Of a stretch of DNA of 58,565 nucleotides, positions 45,567-57,138 are shown one piece after another. The DNA comes from Planctomycetota bacterium (GTDB lineage: Bacteria; Planctomycetota; B15-G4; JADJEK01): NCBI GenBank assembly GCA_044225365.1, contig JBGAIQ010000033.1, forward strand, positions 1 to 58,565, read 5' to 3'. Position numbers and translations under genes: made by a program. Numbering within the stretch: the first letter of the stretch is position 1; each line of letters starts with the position of its first letter. A model generated the notes under the pieces. It ran no database searches, was not told the DNA's origin, and saw nothing but the letters and a program-made list of their open reading frames with translations.

Positions 45567-48047
45567 GTGGTCGCACTCCGTCATCTGGCGTTCCTGGCCG
45601 TGTCGAGCGTGGGACTCGCGAAGGGTCAGACCGTCGCGACTCCCGCCTCCCCGCGCGCGTTCATCGAGAACCTCGGTCAATACGATTCGCGAGTCGCCTA
45701 CTCGTGCGATGCCGGCGTGTGCTCGATCTTCGCGACGGCGGAGGGATTTCGCATTGCCTCGATCACGAGCGCGGGGCGCGGAGTCGGCATCGTCTTCTCG
45801 TTCTGCGAGCCGAGCGGAGCATCGCTTCGCGCGAGGGAGAGGAGCCGGGCGCCGCGGTCCGGTTCACCCCTGCCCGGTCGTCACAATTTCTTCCGCGGCG
45901 CCGATCCGTCGCACTTCGTGGTGGGCGCGCGGGGATTCGATGGAGTCGTGTATCCCGACGTACGTCCCGGAGTCGACGTCGTGCTGCACGCGAAGGATGG
46001 CGGTCCCACGTTCGACTTCGCCGTCGATGAAGGCGCCGACGTTTCGAACCTGCCCGAGATCGAGATCGACGGAATCGACGGCCTCGCGGTCGAACACGAC
46101 GGCAGCGCGCGCATCGAGACGGCGATCGGGGCGCTTCGACTCACGTGTCCGGTGAGCACGGCGACGCGCAGCGACGGCCGTTCACGCCCGCTCGCGTCTC
46201 GCTTCGAACTCTCGGGGTCTCGAAGGTTGCGGGTCGTCGTCGATTCACAAGAATCGGGCGAGACCGTCCTCGTCGATCCGAGTCTCGTGTTTGCGACGTA
46301 TCTTGGAGGCAATGGACCGTCCTCCGGCGAAGGCGCGAGAGCGGTGATCACGGACGCGACGGGAGCGCCGATCGTCACCGGCTGGATGCAGGTCGTCGAT
46401 TTCCCCGTCACGCCCGGCGCCTTCGACGTGACACCGAATGGCGTGCAGGACGTGACGGTGACGAAGCTCACTCCCGATGGCAGCGCGCTCGTCTTCTCCA
46501 CGTTGATCGGTGGCACGAGCTACGACGAACCGTCGGGAATCGCCCTCGGTTCGGACGGCAGCATCTTCGTCACGGGGGACACGCAATCGCCAAACTTCCC
46601 CGTGACACCGGGCGCGTTCGATACGAGCTATGCGGGGAACGGGAGTCCGGATGGCTTCCTGGTTCGGCTCGCTTCCAATGGCTCATCACTCGTTTGGTCG
46701 ACGTTCTTCGGCGGCAGTGCGAACGACGTCCCGAACGATCTCGCGGTCGATGCCTTTGGCAATGCGTTCGTCGCCGGCGTGACCAACTCGTCGAACTATC
46801 CGACGACGGCGGGGGCGCTCGATACGGTGAACAGCGGATTCAACGACGGCTTCGTCACGAAGTTCGCTCCCGGGGGAAACGCGTTGATCTACTCCACGCT
46901 GCTCGGCGCTTCGGGAGTCCTCGATTCGGCGACGGGAATCGCGATCGGAGCGAACGATGAAGCGTTCGTCACGGGCTTTGCGAGCGCCGGCTTCCCGTTC
47001 ACGCACGAAGCCTTCGATCCGAGCCACAACGGTAGTCTCGACGCCTTCGTCGTGCGACTGAACGCGGTCGGATCCGGCCTCGTCGCGGGTACCTTCCTCG
47101 GCGGACAGTCCGACGATCAAGCGCATGCGATCGCGATCGGCGCCGATGGCGCCGTGACGATCTGCGGCGAAGCAGGGATCCAGTTCCCGACCACGCCCGG
47201 CGCGTTCAACACCACTCCGCCCGTCAACGCGCGAGATGCCTTCATCGCCCGCTTCGATCCCACGCTCGAGAGCCTCGTCTACTCGACGTACTTCGGCAGC
47301 ACGAACGAGGACGACGATCCCACCGACATCGCCGTCGACGCGGGCGGCGGCGCTATCGTGACGGGCACGTTCCTCAACGGAACGACGGCATTCCCGACCA
47401 CGCCCGGCGCGCTCGAGACGACCTTCGGGTACGCATTCCTGTCGCGACTCGCGCCGTCGGGCGATTCGCTCACGTATTCGACGTTTCTCTCCAACGTCTC
47501 GGTTCTGCCCTACGGGCTCGACTCGCTCGCGGATGGATCGGTCGTCGTCGTCGGCATCACGTTCCCCGGTTTTCCCGTCACGCAAGGCGCGTTCGATACG
47601 ACGTCGAGTAGCAACGGTGACGACCTCATCGCGAAGTTCGATCTCTGTCCCGGCTCGATCGGATCGTACGGCGCGGGATGCGTCGGAGCCGGCGGGTTCG
47701 TACCGACGCTGAAGATCACGGGCTGCGCGTCTCCGGGATTCGATCTCGACGTCGCCCTCACGAATGCGCTCGGCCACACGAGTGCCTTGCTGCTCGTGGG
47801 GCTCGGCGCCGGTTCGTTGCCGCTCAGCGGTTCATGCGCGCTTGCGATCGGACCGCTCGTGCCTTCGTTCGTCGTGCCGATCACGTTGCTCGGCGGCGGA
47901 CCGGGGGCCGGCTCGATCGAGTTCATGACCGAAGTCCCTCAGGTTCCCACTCCGCTCGAATTCCGACTGCAGGCCGTGATCGCGGATCCGAACGTCGCGG
48001 GCGGGATCTCGGCGTCGAATCCGTGGAAGATCCACCTCGATCGCTGA
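45567..48047 (+). CDS. Secreted SBBP-repeat beta-propeller protein with a Cys-containing C-terminal domain
   Basis: FIENLGQ N-domain, repeated STxxGG..D...IA.D..G..FVTG...FP.TPGAFD blades. Confidence 0.85.
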   Translation: MVALRHLAFLAVSSVGLAKGQTVATPASPRAFIENLGQYDSRVAYSCDAGVCSIFATAEGFRIASITSAGRGVGIVFSFCEPSGASLRARERSRAPRSGSPLPGRHNFFRGADPSHFVVGARGFDGVVYPDVRPGVDVVLHAKDGGPTFDFAVDEGADVSNLPEIEIDGIDGLAVEHDGSARIETAIGALRLTCPVSTATRSDGRSRPLASRFELSGSRRLRVVVDSQESGETVLVDPSLVFATYLGGNGPSSGEGARAVITDATGAPIVTGWMQVVDFPVTPGAFDVTPNGVQDVTVTKLTPDGSALVFSTLIGGTSYDEPSGIALGSDGSIFVTGDTQSPNFPVTPGAFDTSYAGNGSPDGFLVRLASNGSSLVWSTFFGGSANDVPNDLAVDAFGNAFVAGVTNSSNYPTTAGALDTVNSGFNDGFVTKFAPGGNALIYSTLLGASGVLDSATGIAIGANDEAFVTGFASAGFPFTHEAFDPSHNGSLDAFVVRLNAVGSGLVAGTFLGGQSDDQAHAIAIGADGAVTICGEAGIQFPTTPGAFNTTPPVNARDAFIARFDPTLESLVYSTYFGSTNEDDDPTDIAVDAGGGAIVTGTFLNGTTAFPTTPGALETTFGYAFLSRLAPSGDSLTYSTFLSNVSVLPYGLDSLADGSVVVVGITFPGFPVTQGAFDTTSSSNGDDLIAKFDLCPGSIGSYGAGCVGAGGFVPTLKITGCASPGFDLDVALTNALGHTSALLLVGLGAGSLPLSGSCALAIGPLVPSFVVPITLLGGGPGAGSIEFMTEVPQVPTPLEFRLQAVIADPNVAGGISASNPWKIHLDR

Positions 48048-48054
48048 GGCCGTT

Positions 48055-51000
48055 TCAGGGGAACAACTCGATCTCGTCGAATCCGATCCCGTGACCGTTC
48101 GCGGATTTGTCGGTCTCGACGATGCGTACGTCGATGCGTTGCACCTTCATCACCGACGGGAGATCGACGACGGTCTTGCGCTGCGGGTCCTGCACGATGT
48201 CGGCGAAGAACTCCGCGCCCTGATTGATGCGGATTCCGACCTTTCGGATCTTCGGCATCTCCTCGGGGAACGCGAATTGCTCGACCGTCGGGCTGAGCGC
48301 GATCTTGCTCGCGCGCACCGGGACTTTCAGCGTGACGCGGATCCACGGACCGTTCGGGTCCTTGTCGTTCGGTGAAGCGCGCCAACCGAGGGCCTGCTGA
48401 CGATCGCACACATTGCCTGCGGCCCAACCGGGATTCTCTTCGCTCGAAGCGGTCGCGGTCGCCGTCGGCGGGAAGATGAGGTCGGTGCTCGCCGAACTCG
48501 CGTAGGAGAGCAGCGTCGAGTCGAACACACCGAAGATCCAGACCTTCACTCGGGGTGATCGCAATTCGACGATCTCGTCCGAGCCGGGCCGCACGACGCG
48601 GACGCGCGCTTCCACCTCGATCGGTCCCGGCCGTTCGAGAGAGACTTGGGTAACGAAGCGTTCTTCTCCGCAGGGCTTCGTCTTGTCGACCTCGCGCACG
48701 AAGAGCGATTTCTCGCCGGTGCGAGTGAACGCGACGTATTCGACCCTGGCGACGCGCGGGCCGACGCTTTCGTCGTCGCCCTCGATGAACTCGCGCTTCA
48801 CGCGATCGCCGAAGCCCGTGATGTAGAGGGCAAGCGGCGTATCGCCCTTCGCGCGCAGCCACACGTCGTCGTTCTTGTCCTCCTTGCCGAGGACGCGGCC
48901 TTCCGGCGCGTCGCCGCCCGTGACGGGAGCCGTTGCGCGGGCGAGGAAGAGGAGCGCGAAGCACGTATTCGGTTGGTTGTTCTCCCAGGAGCCGTTGCCA
49001 TCCTGATGCTTCAGGAGCCACTCCGCGCCCTCGCGATACCAATCGTGATCGCCGAACTTGGAAATGCCTTCGAGCGCCCCGACGCGCTCGAGTCCGTAGA
49101 GGAAGTAGTGGAGATGTCCGGCTTCGGGGTCGCCGCCGCCATTCGGGCCCGGATGGAATCGCGGATGCGGGTTCTTCTCGACCGAGAAGTTCTCCGCGAT
49201 CCAGTCGATGCCTTTGTTCTTCGCGACGACTGCGGCATTCGGCTTCTTGCCGGAGCGATCCATGCCGATGAGGAGCACGGAGAGACCCGCCGCCGTCATG
49301 CTGCCCGTTGCGTCGTGGCCCTCGTTGTAGCGGTAGCCCGCGCCCTCGTAGGCACCCTTGACGTTCTCCTGGCGGTCGAGCGTCCACTTGATGAGACCGT
49401 CCCAGACCTTTTGCGGGATCTTGAATCCGGCGATCGAGGCCGCGCGCAACGCCATCGCCGCGTATTGCGTGTTCGAGAGGTCCTGTGCGCCGTCGGGATA
49501 GGCGTAGCCGCCGAGTCGCTGCCAGGAGATGAGGCGCTCGACTAGGGCGGCGATGCGGTCGTGGTACTTGACCGGGTCGATCGCGCAGAGCGCGAGCACC
49601 GAGGTGGAGGCCGAATAGGTTCGCTCCGGCGGCGGTTGCGCGAGGAGGTAGGCGACCCCGCGCTGGATCGACGGGTGGTCCTTCTTCACGCCCGACTTCT
49701 CGAGCGTGTAGAGCGCGAGACCGGTCATTCCGCTCGGGAAGGCGCCGACCGAATCGGCCCACGAGCCGTCGAGCTCCTGCCATTTCATCAGCGCTTCGAC
49801 CCCGCGATCGATCGCGAGATTGACGCGCGCTTGCAGTGGAGGCGGATCGTTGTTCGCAGGCTTTGGCGGATTCGCAGGCTTCGCTGGCGGGGCGGCTTCC
49901 GGGGGCGTGAGTGCTCCGGCATCGCCCGCGACGGCGCGCACGATTCCGTCGGCGAGGAGATCGGCGACGAGCGCGTTTCCGGTGTCGGAGAGGTGGATGC
50001 CGTCGTAGGTGAGGAGACCCTGTTTTTCGAAAGCGAGCTCGCCGCTCGCGAGTTGCTTACGGTTGTGATTGCGCAGCCAGGCGATGACCGCCGCGCGGAG
50101 GTCGACGAATGTCGCGCCGGATTCGCGCGCGACGCGCTCGACGATGCGCGCGTACGACTCGATCTGCGCGTCGACGTGATTCGAACCGTCCGGCATCTCC
50201 CCGTCGAGGAGAGGCGTCGCGAGGACGACTCGCGAATCGTGCTTCTTGCAGGCCGCGACGAGATCGCGCAGTCCCTTCTCGTAATCGGCGTCGGTCGTGC
50301 CCTTCCAGTTGATGTCGTTGATCCCGATGAGGACGCAGACGAGCGCTGGCTTGTCCTGGTCGAGGATCGTGTCGAACGCCGCTTGAGGACCGTTGGATTC
50401 GACGCCGTCGCCGGGCTGGCCGCCCGCATGCGCGCCGCCCGGGGCGCCGTCGCGCAGGTCGCGCACGCCGCAGCCGTTGATGCCGCGATTGCGCACGGCG
50501 AGATCGCCGTGCTTCTTCAATTCGTCACCGAGCTTCGCGACGTAGCCGTTCAGCCACGTGATCGAGTCCCCGAAGAAGGAGAGGGTCGCTTTGGGCGGGA
50601 GTTTGCCGTCGAGCGCGGAGAGCCGATCGATGCCGTGACGTTCGTAGAGCGCGGCGCGCGCGGCGGTGGCGGCGGCGTCGAGCGGGAAGGGCGGCGCGAC
50701 GGGCGCCCTGGGCGCGATCTTCTCGCCGACGAGGATCTCGCCGTTCGCGCGAGCTTCGCACGCATAGAGGCCGGGCGGCATGCCGACGGGGTCCAGGAAC
50801 CGAATCGCCTCCACGCCTTGTCGGTGGTTCATCGCCGCGGCGTAAACGGAAGCGCCCAAGTTCAGATGATCGTTTCGCGGGTCGAAATTCGCAGCGAAGA
50901 AGTCCCAATCCCACGCGTCGTGCCGCGAAAGACCGGGTTGGAAGTGTGCGATCCGCAGCGTTTCCGGGCCGTCGCCGAACTCGACGCTCAGGCTCGCCGC

Positions 51001-52026
51001 GGGCTTGACGAAGAGTTCGCCGATCGACTCGCTATGCCCCTGCAATCTCAGGAGCGAGTTGGGCCCTCGCGTCACTTCGATCCTCGCATCGTCCGCGATC
51101 TGGTCGGAGGCGCCGAGTTCGATGGCCACGAGTTCCGTTCCAGTCGCCGAGAGTCGCAGCGTTCCCGACGCGGCGGTCACACCCGGGGGTTTGGCGAGGC
51201 GAAGCGTTCCCTTCTCGATCGTGACTCCGCCCGAGAAGTCGTTCGGCTTGTCGCCCGCGAGCGTGAAGGGTGAGAGTTGGAGGTCGCGATTGCGGCCGCC
51301 GCCGCGGAAGCGCAGTGAGCCCTTCCCGTGGATCGAGCCGACGAGTTGTCCCGTGTTGCCGCCGCCGGTGTCGATCGTGCCGGTCGCGCCGTTGGCGAGC
51401 GTGACGTCGCCGACGAGCGTCGCACTGGGTCCGATCTCCAGCATCGAATCCTTCTCGACGAGCAGGCTCTTCGCGTGCGTTCCCCCGAAGAGCGCGAGCT
51501 TGCCGCCGAGGAGCGTGATCGGCGCCGATGCCGCGCCGAGGGCGCCGTCGCGCTGGACGAGCAATCGACCCGACGGAATTCGAATCGGTCCTTTGAACGT
51601 CGTCGAGTTGTCCGCTTCGAGGGAGACGGCGCCGTCGCCATCTCCCTCGATCGTGAGGTCGGCATCGCCGGTGAGGGGACCCGTGAAACGCAGCATGTGC
51701 GCCATGTGGGTCCAGTCGTTGTCGTTGCGAAACGTCGCGCTCCCGCGCAGGTGAATTGCGGAGGCGAGCGTCTGATTCAGGACGGTCCCGTTCTTCGGGT
51801 AGACGAGTTTGCCGCCGGTCAGGAGTTCGATCGCGCCCGAAACCGTGCATGCCGTCGCGTTGCTCGGGTCGAAACGAATCTCACGCCAGGTCGACCCCTT
51901 CGGGATGTCGACGCTCTTGGACTCACCGCGGACGACGAGCGTGTCGTCCGTGGCGGCCCCTGCAAGGGCGAGAAGGAGCACGCTCGAGACGCACACACGC
52001 AGGGGTCGCGAGTCGATTCCGGTCAT
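48055..52026 (-). CDS. Large secreted mosaic: autotransporter-type beta-strand repeats + SGNH hydrolase + prenyltransferase/squalene-cyclase-like barrel + discoidin-like domain
   Basis: Signal peptide after ATG 52026; NDFSGGVTIEKGTLRL; FFGDSIT/IGIND/DGIH; QELDGSW, DLSNTQY, YGLERVG, QDGNGSW; ATASSE..WIRVTL. Confidence 0.75.
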   Translation of the reverse strand: MTGIDSRPLRVCVSSVLLLALAGAATDDTLVVRGESKSVDIPKGSTWREIRFDPSNATACTVSGAIELLTGGKLVYPKNGTVLNQTLASAIHLRGSATFRNDNDWTHMAHMLRFTGPLTGDADLTIEGDGDGAVSLEADNSTTFKGPIRIPSGRLLVQRDGALGAASAPITLLGGKLALFGGTHAKSLLVEKDSMLEIGPSATLVGDVTLANGATGTIDTGGGNTGQLVGSIHGKGSLRFRGGGRNRDLQLSPFTLAGDKPNDFSGGVTIEKGTLRLAKPPGVTAASGTLRLSATGTELVAIELGASDQIADDARIEVTRGPNSLLRLQGHSESIGELFVKPAASLSVEFGDGPETLRIAHFQPGLSRHDAWDWDFFAANFDPRNDHLNLGASVYAAAMNHRQGVEAIRFLDPVGMPPGLYACEARANGEILVGEKIAPRAPVAPPFPLDAAATAARAALYERHGIDRLSALDGKLPPKATLSFFGDSITWLNGYVAKLGDELKKHGDLAVRNRGINGCGVRDLRDGAPGGAHAGGQPGDGVESNGPQAAFDTILDQDKPALVCVLIGINDINWKGTTDADYEKGLRDLVAACKKHDSRVVLATPLLDGEMPDGSNHVDAQIESYARIVERVARESGATFVDLRAAVIAWLRNHNRKQLASGELAFEKQGLLTYDGIHLSDTGNALVADLLADGIVRAVAGDAGALTPPEAAPPAKPANPPKPANNDPPPLQARVNLAIDRGVEALMKWQELDGSWADSVGAFPSGMTGLALYTLEKSGVKKDHPSIQRGVAYLLAQPPPERTYSASTSVLALCAIDPVKYHDRIAALVERLISWQRLGGYAYPDGAQDLSNTQYAAMALRAASIAGFKIPQKVWDGLIKWTLDRQENVKGAYEGAGYRYNEGHDATGSMTAAGLSVLLIGMDRSGKKPNAAVVAKNKGIDWIAENFSVEKNPHPRFHPGPNGGGDPEAGHLHYFLYGLERVGALEGISKFGDHDWYREGAEWLLKHQDGNGSWENNQPNTCFALLFLARATAPVTGGDAPEGRVLGKEDKNDDVWLRAKGDTPLALYITGFGDRVKREFIEGDDESVGPRVARVEYVAFTRTGEKSLFVREVDKTKPCGEERFVTQVSLERPGPIEVEARVRVVRPGSDEIVELRSPRVKVWIFGVFDSTLLSYASSASTDLIFPPTATATASSEENPGWAAGNVCDRQQALGWRASPNDKDPNGPWIRVTLKVPVRASKIALSPTVEQFAFPEEMPKIRKVGIRINQGAEFFADIVQDPQRKTVVDLPSVMKVQRIDVRIVETDKSANGHGIGFDEIELFP

Positions 52027-52133
52027 GGCGCGAGTTCCTGCGCAAATCGATGGGGGGAGCCTCGAGAGTCTCCGCAGCATAACTCGCCCGTGCCGCCGTG
52101 GAGACCCCGCCCGCATCCTTGACCGCCGAAATC

Positions 52134-52441
52134 GGCGGCGGCGGATCGCAGCCGCAACCGCCAAACCGGCGGCGGCGGATCGCAGCCGTGACCGCCGAAA
52201 CCGGCGGCGGCGGATCGCAGCCGTAACCGCCAAACCGGCGGCGGCGGATCGCAGCCGTGACCGCCGAAACCGGTGGCGGCGGATCGCAGCCGCAACCGCC
52301 AAACCGGCGGCGGCGGATCGCAGCCGTGACCGCCGAAACCGGCGGCGGCGGATCGCAGCCGTGACCGCCGAAACCGGCGGCGGCGGATCGCAGCCGTGAC
52401 CGCCGAAACCGGCGGCGGCGGATCGCAGCCGTGACCGCCGC
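52134..52441. repeat. Tandem array of 9 x 34-35-bp hairpin units (same family as 27084-27321)
   Basis: Core GGCGGCGGCGGATCGCAGCCG(TA/TG/CA)ACCGCC with AAACC/GAAACC linkers. Confidence 0.95.
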
Positions 52442-52452
52442 TTTCGGATCGA

Positions 52453-53766
52453 TCAGAACTGCGCGGCTTCGGTCGATTCCTTCAGCGCGAGCGTCGAGGA
52501 GAGACCGGCGCTGATCACCTGCGATACCTGGTCGAAGTAGCCGGTGCCCACTTCCCGTTGATGCTTCGTCGCGGTGTAGCCGTTCTTTTCACTCGCGAAC
52601 TCGGCGTCCTGCAGTTCGCAGTACGCCGCCATCTGCCGATCCTTGTACCCCCGGGCGAGCTCGAACATGCCGTGGTTCAAGGCGTGGAAGCCCGCGAGGG
52701 TGACGAACTGGAACTTGTATCCCATCGCACCGAGTTCGCGCTGGAACTTCGCAATCGTCGCGTCGTCGAGGTTCTTCCTCCAATTGAACGACGGCGAACA
52801 GTTGTACGCGAGCAGCTTGCCCGGGAACTTCGCGTGAACGCCCTCCGCGAAGTGTTTCGCCTCCTCGAGATCCGGCGTGCTCGTCTCACACCACACGAGA
52901 TCGGCATAGGGCGCGTAAGCAATGCCGCGAGCGATCGCCATCTCGATGCCGCCCGTGATGCGATAGAAACCCTCGACCGTCCGCTCGCCGGTGCAGAACG
53001 GGCGATCGCGTTCGTCGATATCGCTCGTCAGCAGCTTGGCGCTATCGGCATCGGTCCGCGCGACGACGAGCGTCGGCACGTCGCAGACGTCCGCCGCGAG
53101 CCTCGCTGCGACGAGCGTGCGCAGGAAGTGCCCCGTGGGGATCAGCACCTTGCCACCGAGATGTCCGCACTTCTTCTCCGACGACAACTGATCCTCGAAG
53201 TGCACGCCCGCCGCGCCGGCCTCGATCATCCCCTTCATGAGTTCGAAAGCGTTGAGCGGCCCTCCGAAACCGGCCTCGGCGTCGGCGACGATCGGCGCGA
53301 ACCAATCGCGCTTCGCGCCGCCCTCCGCGACCTCGATCTGATCCGCGCGCTGCAGGGCCTGATTGATCTTCTTCACGACCTGCGGAACCGAGTTCGCGGG
53401 ATACAGACTTTGATCGGGATACATCTGGCCCGCCTCGTTGGCATCGGCCGCGACTTGCCAACCCGAGAGGTAGATGGCCTTCAATCCCGCGCGCACCTGC
53501 TGCACCGCCTGGTTGCCGGTGAGCGCGCCCAGTGCGTTGACGAATGGTTCCCCGTGGAGGAGTGACCACAATCGCTCGGCTCCACGGCGGGCGAGCGTGT
53601 ATTCGATCCTCAACGAACCCCGCAGCTTCGCGACGTCGGCGGCGCTGTAGGGCCGCGTGATGCCCTCGAAGCGAACCGGGATCGCCGCCTGGCTCTTGCC
53701 GTTCGAATGCCCGTTCGAGTGTCCGTTCGCGTGCCCGTTCGAGTGCGTTCCGTTGCTCTTCGTCAT
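52453..53766 (-). CDS. aceA: Isocitrate lyase
   Basis: [59 protein letters not shown]; start placed at ATG 53766. Confidence 0.97.
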   Translation of the reverse strand: MTKSNGTHSNGHANGHSNGHSNGKSQAAIPVRFEGITRPYSAADVAKLRGSLRIEYTLARRGAERLWSLLHGEPFVNALGALTGNQAVQQVRAGLKAIYLSGWQVAADANEAGQMYPDQSLYPANSVPQVVKKINQALQRADQIEVAEGGAKRDWFAPIVADAEAGFGGPLNAFELMKGMIEAGAAGVHFEDQLSSEKKCGHLGGKVLIPTGHFLRTLVAARLAADVCDVPTLVVARTDADSAKLLTSDIDERDRPFCTGERTVEGFYRITGGIEMAIARGIAYAPYADLVWCETSTPDLEEAKHFAEGVHAKFPGKLLAYNCSPSFNWRKNLDDATIAKFQRELGAMGYKFQFVTLAGFHALNHGMFELARGYKDRQMAAYCELQDAEFASEKNGYTATKHQREVGTGYFDQVSQVISAGLSSTLALKESTEAAQF

Positions 53767-53819
53767 GATCGAATCTCTCGATGGTGGAGGTGGCGGGGTG
53801 ATGGGGATCTGGGCGATGT

Positions 53820-55436
<1,617 letters not shown>

Positions 55437-55578
55437 GACGTGAACCTGTGCTCTCCCGAGCTCTCGCTCGGCGCCGAAGGAAGATCGCGGTCGCTCCCGA
55501 CCCGCGGGCGAGTGTGTCTCGCACTTCGGGGGCGCGAGATCCCGAACTCAACATTCGTCGGTCAGAATGACGACAGGC

Positions 55579-55599
55579 CTGTGAAGTCAAGCTGTGAAG
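55579..55599. promoter_or_regulatory. Candidate operator of the RamB-like regulator
   Basis: Direct repeat CTGTGAAG-N5-CTGTGAAG in the aceB/regulator divergent intergenic region. Confidence 0.4.
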
Positions 55600-55613
55600 C
55601 GGTCAATGCAGTC

Positions 55614-57056
55614 ATGGGAACGCTCGAAACAGGCCGTCTCGGTGCGAAGATCCGCGATCTGCGGCGGAAGCATCACCTCACGCAAGCCGTGCTCGCGGAG
55701 CGACTCGGCGTCAGTCCGAGTTATCTGAACCTGATCGAGAACGACAAGCGGCCGCTTCCGGCGTCGATGCTCCTGAAGCTCGCGGAGCTCTTTCGTCTCG
55801 AGCTCGAGTCCTTCCGCGCCGATGCCGAAGCGCACCTCGAACACGATCTCCTCGAAGCGCTCGTCGACCCGGCCTTCGAGCTCGATGGCGTCGACGCCTC
55901 GCACGTCCGTCGCTTCGTGCTCGAGGCTCCCGAACTCGCGCGCGCGATGATCGCGCTCTACCGCACCTTTCGCACCACGCGTGAATCCGCCGAGAGCCTC
56001 GCCGCCCGACTCGAGGAGCCGTCCGAACTGGGATCCGGAGTCGATCCCGTGCGACTCTCTTCCGAACTCGTCTCGGACTTCATCGAACGGCAACGCAATC
56101 ACTTCCCCGCGCTCGAAGAAGCGGCGGAGCGATTGCGCAAGGACGCGCGACTCGACGAAGACGATCTGTTCACCGGACTCGTGCGCTTCCTCAAGCGCGA
56201 GCAGCGCGTCGACGTCCGGATCGAGAAGGTCCAGGCGATGCACGGCGCTCTCCGCCGCTTCGACTCCGAACGCCGCGAGCTCCTGCTCTCCGAAGTGCTG
56301 CGGCGCGGTTCACGCAACTTCCAGCTCGCGCATCAGGCGGCACTGCTCCATTTCGGCGCGCTCATCGACACGGTAGCCGACGATTCGATGCTCGGCGGCG
56401 GCGAGGCGCGATCCCTCGCACGGATCTCGCTCGCGAACTACTTCGCATCGGCGCTGCTCATGCCGTACGCGCCGTTCCTCGCCGCGGCGCGCGAGGTGCG
56501 CTACGACATCGAATTGCTCGAGCATCGGTTCCGCGCGAGCTTCGAACAGGTCTGTCATCGCCTCACGACGCTTCGCCGTTCCGGCAAGGAAGGTATCTTG
56601 TTCGATCTCGTCCGCGTCGACCTCGCGGGCAACATCAGCAAGCGATTCGCCGCGAGCGGACTGCGTTTCCCGCGCTTCTCCGGACTCTGTCCGCTGTGGA
56701 ACGTGCACGCCGCGTTCCTGCGGCCCGGCTTCATTCGCACGCAGCTCGCGACGTTCGAGGACGGACGAACGTACTTCTCGATCGCGCGCACGATCGAGAA
56801 ACACCGCGGTGGATTCCGTGCGCCGCGCGTGCTCTACGCCATCGCGCTCTCGACCGCCGTCGAATCCGCGAAGGAGATGGTCTACGCCGACGGATTCGAT
56901 CTCTCGAACAAGACCGCCGCCGTCCCGATCGGCACGACGTGTCGCCTCTGCACTCGCCTGGACTGCGAGGCGCGGGCGTTCCCGCCGATGCGGCAATCCT
57001 TGAAGATCGACGAAAACGTGCTCGGGCGCAATTTCTACGCGCCGCTGCATCGCTGA
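55614..57056 (+). CDS. XRE-family short-chain fatty acyl-CoA regulator (RamB/PrpR/ScfR-like)
   Basis: HTH (LTQ..LAERLGVSPSYLNLIENDKRPL), ANYFASALLMPY, SFEQVCHRLTTL, RVDLAGNISKR, CPLWNVH, C-terminal CRLC..LDC. Confidence 0.93.
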   Translation: MGTLETGRLGAKIRDLRRKHHLTQAVLAERLGVSPSYLNLIENDKRPLPASMLLKLAELFRLELESFRADAEAHLEHDLLEALVDPAFELDGVDASHVRRFVLEAPELARAMIALYRTFRTTRESAESLAARLEEPSELGSGVDPVRLSSELVSDFIERQRNHFPALEEAAERLRKDARLDEDDLFTGLVRFLKREQRVDVRIEKVQAMHGALRRFDSERRELLLSEVLRRGSRNFQLAHQAALLHFGALIDTVADDSMLGGGEARSLARISLANYFASALLMPYAPFLAAAREVRYDIELLEHRFRASFEQVCHRLTTLRRSGKEGILFDLVRVDLAGNISKRFAASGLRFPRFSGLCPLWNVHAAFLRPGFIRTQLATFEDGRTYFSIARTIEKHRGGFRAPRVLYAIALSTAVESAKEMVYADGFDLSNKTAAVPIGTTCRLCTRLDCEARAFPPMRQSLKIDENVLGRNFYAPLHR

Positions 57057-57138
57057 CGAATTTCCTCGAATCCCGGTGACGCGCGAGCCGCCGTTCGGCT
57101 GAAGCAGGGCAACTGCTCCCACTCGGAGGCTCGTCGCC

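Noticed and set aside
52027-52302. Repeat-encoded N-terminus of the 1415-aa ORF
   Set aside because: It is a translation of the non-coding array; the signal peptide begins after ATG 52026
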